Below, in pieces: positions 47,153-48,388 of a DNA stretch of 48,388 nt; the stretch's first letter is position 1; every line of letters begins with the position of its first letter. The translations under genes were made by a program, and so were the position numbers. The stretch is from contig JBMSQQ010000014.1 of the NCBI GenBank assembly GCA_049423385.1, positions 1 through 48,388 of the forward strand, written 5' to 3'. The notes beneath the pieces are model-generated. The model ran no database searches. It was given only the letters and a program-made list of their open reading frames with translations, and was not told the origin of the DNA. This stretch comes from Silvanigrellaceae bacterium (GTDB lineage: Bacteria > Bdellovibrionota_B > Oligoflexia > Silvanigrellales > Silvanigrellaceae).

Positions 47153-48225
47153 ACCGACTCTTCCTTGCTGCGTCGCTCAAGAAATGAATCCAATCGGCTA
47201 CGCCATTGGTCAGATCCAACCTTGACGTTTGAACGCGTGTAGACAAACACACCCACGCCACACAACATTGTGACGATACAAAGAATTTGTCCCATGGTGA
47301 GCGTATTGTTGAAATAGTATTTCAACTGTTCATCCGCCTCGCGGAAGTACTCCATGAAAAATCTGTAAAACCCGTAAAAGAAAACGAACGCAGCGCCAAT
47401 TGTGCCCTCGTTGCTCTTGAAGCGCCTGACAATCACCAGCGTCAGGAACAGCAGCCAACCTTCGCCAAGGCTCTGATAAATTTGGCTGGGGTGGCGAGGC
47501 AAGTCTCCTCCGCCTGGAAAAATCATCGCCCACGGAACGTGATCCGATATCACGCGTCCATAAAGTTCACCGTTCATGAAGTTGCCGATTCGGCCAAGGC
47601 CAATTCCCACAGGAACTGTAAAGGCGAGTTGATCAGAAAGATGCCAAAAATTGATTCCATGCCGCCTGCAGAACAAGATGATCGCAGTGATCACACCAAC
47701 GATGCCACCATGAAATGAAAGGCCACCTTCCCAAACTTTCAAAGCATCCATCGGAGCGCGTGCATAGGCATCCCAATTGTAAATAAAAACATAGGCTGTA
47801 CGGGCGCCAATGATCATTCCCAACATGAGGTACGCAATCAGGGAATCCAGCAGGATGGGAGTCAACATGATGGTACGTCGCTTAATCCAATAACGACAGC
47901 TCATGTATGTGACCATATACGCCAACAGATACATCGTGGAGTACCAGCGAAGACCCCAATTTATTCCAGCCTTGTGCAGACCAAAAAGCACGCTCAACAG
48001 GACCGAAGCCAACACAAAGAGAGGTCTCAGGGTCGCGATTTTATCCAGCTGCTCAGAACTCAACTGGCGCATGCGCGGCCAGCCCCAGAGAACGGCGAGT
48101 CCAGCAACAAACAAGACAAGCAGTCCGGCAATTCCACCCGCAGTCGACATCCAACCCAACTTGAGACTTTCAACAGTGAAGATAAAAGGACTCAAATCGT
48201 GCTTGTAATAGTTACCCGTTGCCAT
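47149..48225 (-). CDS. lgt: Prolipoprotein diacylglyceryl transferase
   Basis: LRWY, GARTAY, GGLSFHGG, GRIGNFMNGELYGR, RHPSQIY and EYFRE motifs. Confidence 0.95.
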   Translation of the reverse strand: MATGNYYKHDLSPFIFTVESLKLGWMSTAGGIAGLLVLFVAGLAVLWGWPRMRQLSSEQLDKIATLRPLFVLASVLLSVLFGLHKAGINWGLRWYSTMYLLAYMVTYMSCRYWIKRRTIMLTPILLDSLIAYLMLGMIIGARTAYVFIYNWDAYARAPMDALKVWEGGLSFHGGIVGVITAIILFCRRHGINFWHLSDQLAFTVPVGIGLGRIGNFMNGELYGRVISDHVPWAMIFPGGGDLPRHPSQIYQSLGEGWLLFLTLVIVRRFKSNEGTIGAAFVFFYGFYRFFMEYFREADEQLKYYFNNTLTMGQILCIVTMLCGVGVFVYTRSNVKVGSDQWRSRLDSFLERRSKEESV

Positions 48226-48388
48226 TCAAATTCCCCAATCCGGATTGCAACTTCAAAACGACGAACAGAAAATATTTTCTACGAGGATACACCCCGCAGC
48301 TTGATTTGCCAAAATCCATCCGCTAGAGTATCGTTATACACATCCGTGTTCAAAATCAAACGATTAGAAATGGCCAACAATACTGATT

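Noticed and set aside
1..48388. CRISPR arrays, IS elements, prophage genes, rRNA
   Set aside because: No regularly spaced repeats, transposase/integrase motifs, phage genes or rRNA-like sequence seen; intergenic gaps are all short.

Overview
A gene-dense (~50% GC) chromosomal segment of a diderm bacterium. The gene content (cdaA-cdaR-glmM, DUF1585/1588-type CxxCH protein, GYF-like PP2C, AgmX/PglI-like protein, Cys-CTERM-like matrixin) suggests Bdellovibrionota/Oligoflexia or a related former deltaproteobacterial lineage; this is inference. There are about 36 CDS plus one tRNA-Leu(TAA). I saw no integrase, transposase or CRISPR array. Housekeeping genes: PBP1A, xth, fabG, rsmB-like, der, CCA-type nucleotidyltransferase, P5C dehydrogenase, ribA, LOG, lolA, cdaA/cdaR/glmM, trpD, lgt. 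Most notable: (1) a six-gene operon (lipid kinase, acyl-ACP-reductase-like fusion, BtaA-like DUF3419, LolA-like protein, outer-membrane barrel, membrane-anchored matrixin) that looks like an uncharacterised lipid synthesis/export system; (2) a DUF692 (MNIO) plus DUF2063-like pair in which nearly all iron-ligand motifs are replaced and no precursor is evident; (3) an inositol-monophosphatase/HisN-like domain fused to TldD, next to a TldE; (4) a trpD with an altered acceptor site followed by a TrpC-fold protein lacking catalytic residues. All family calls come from motif recognition by eye, not database searches.
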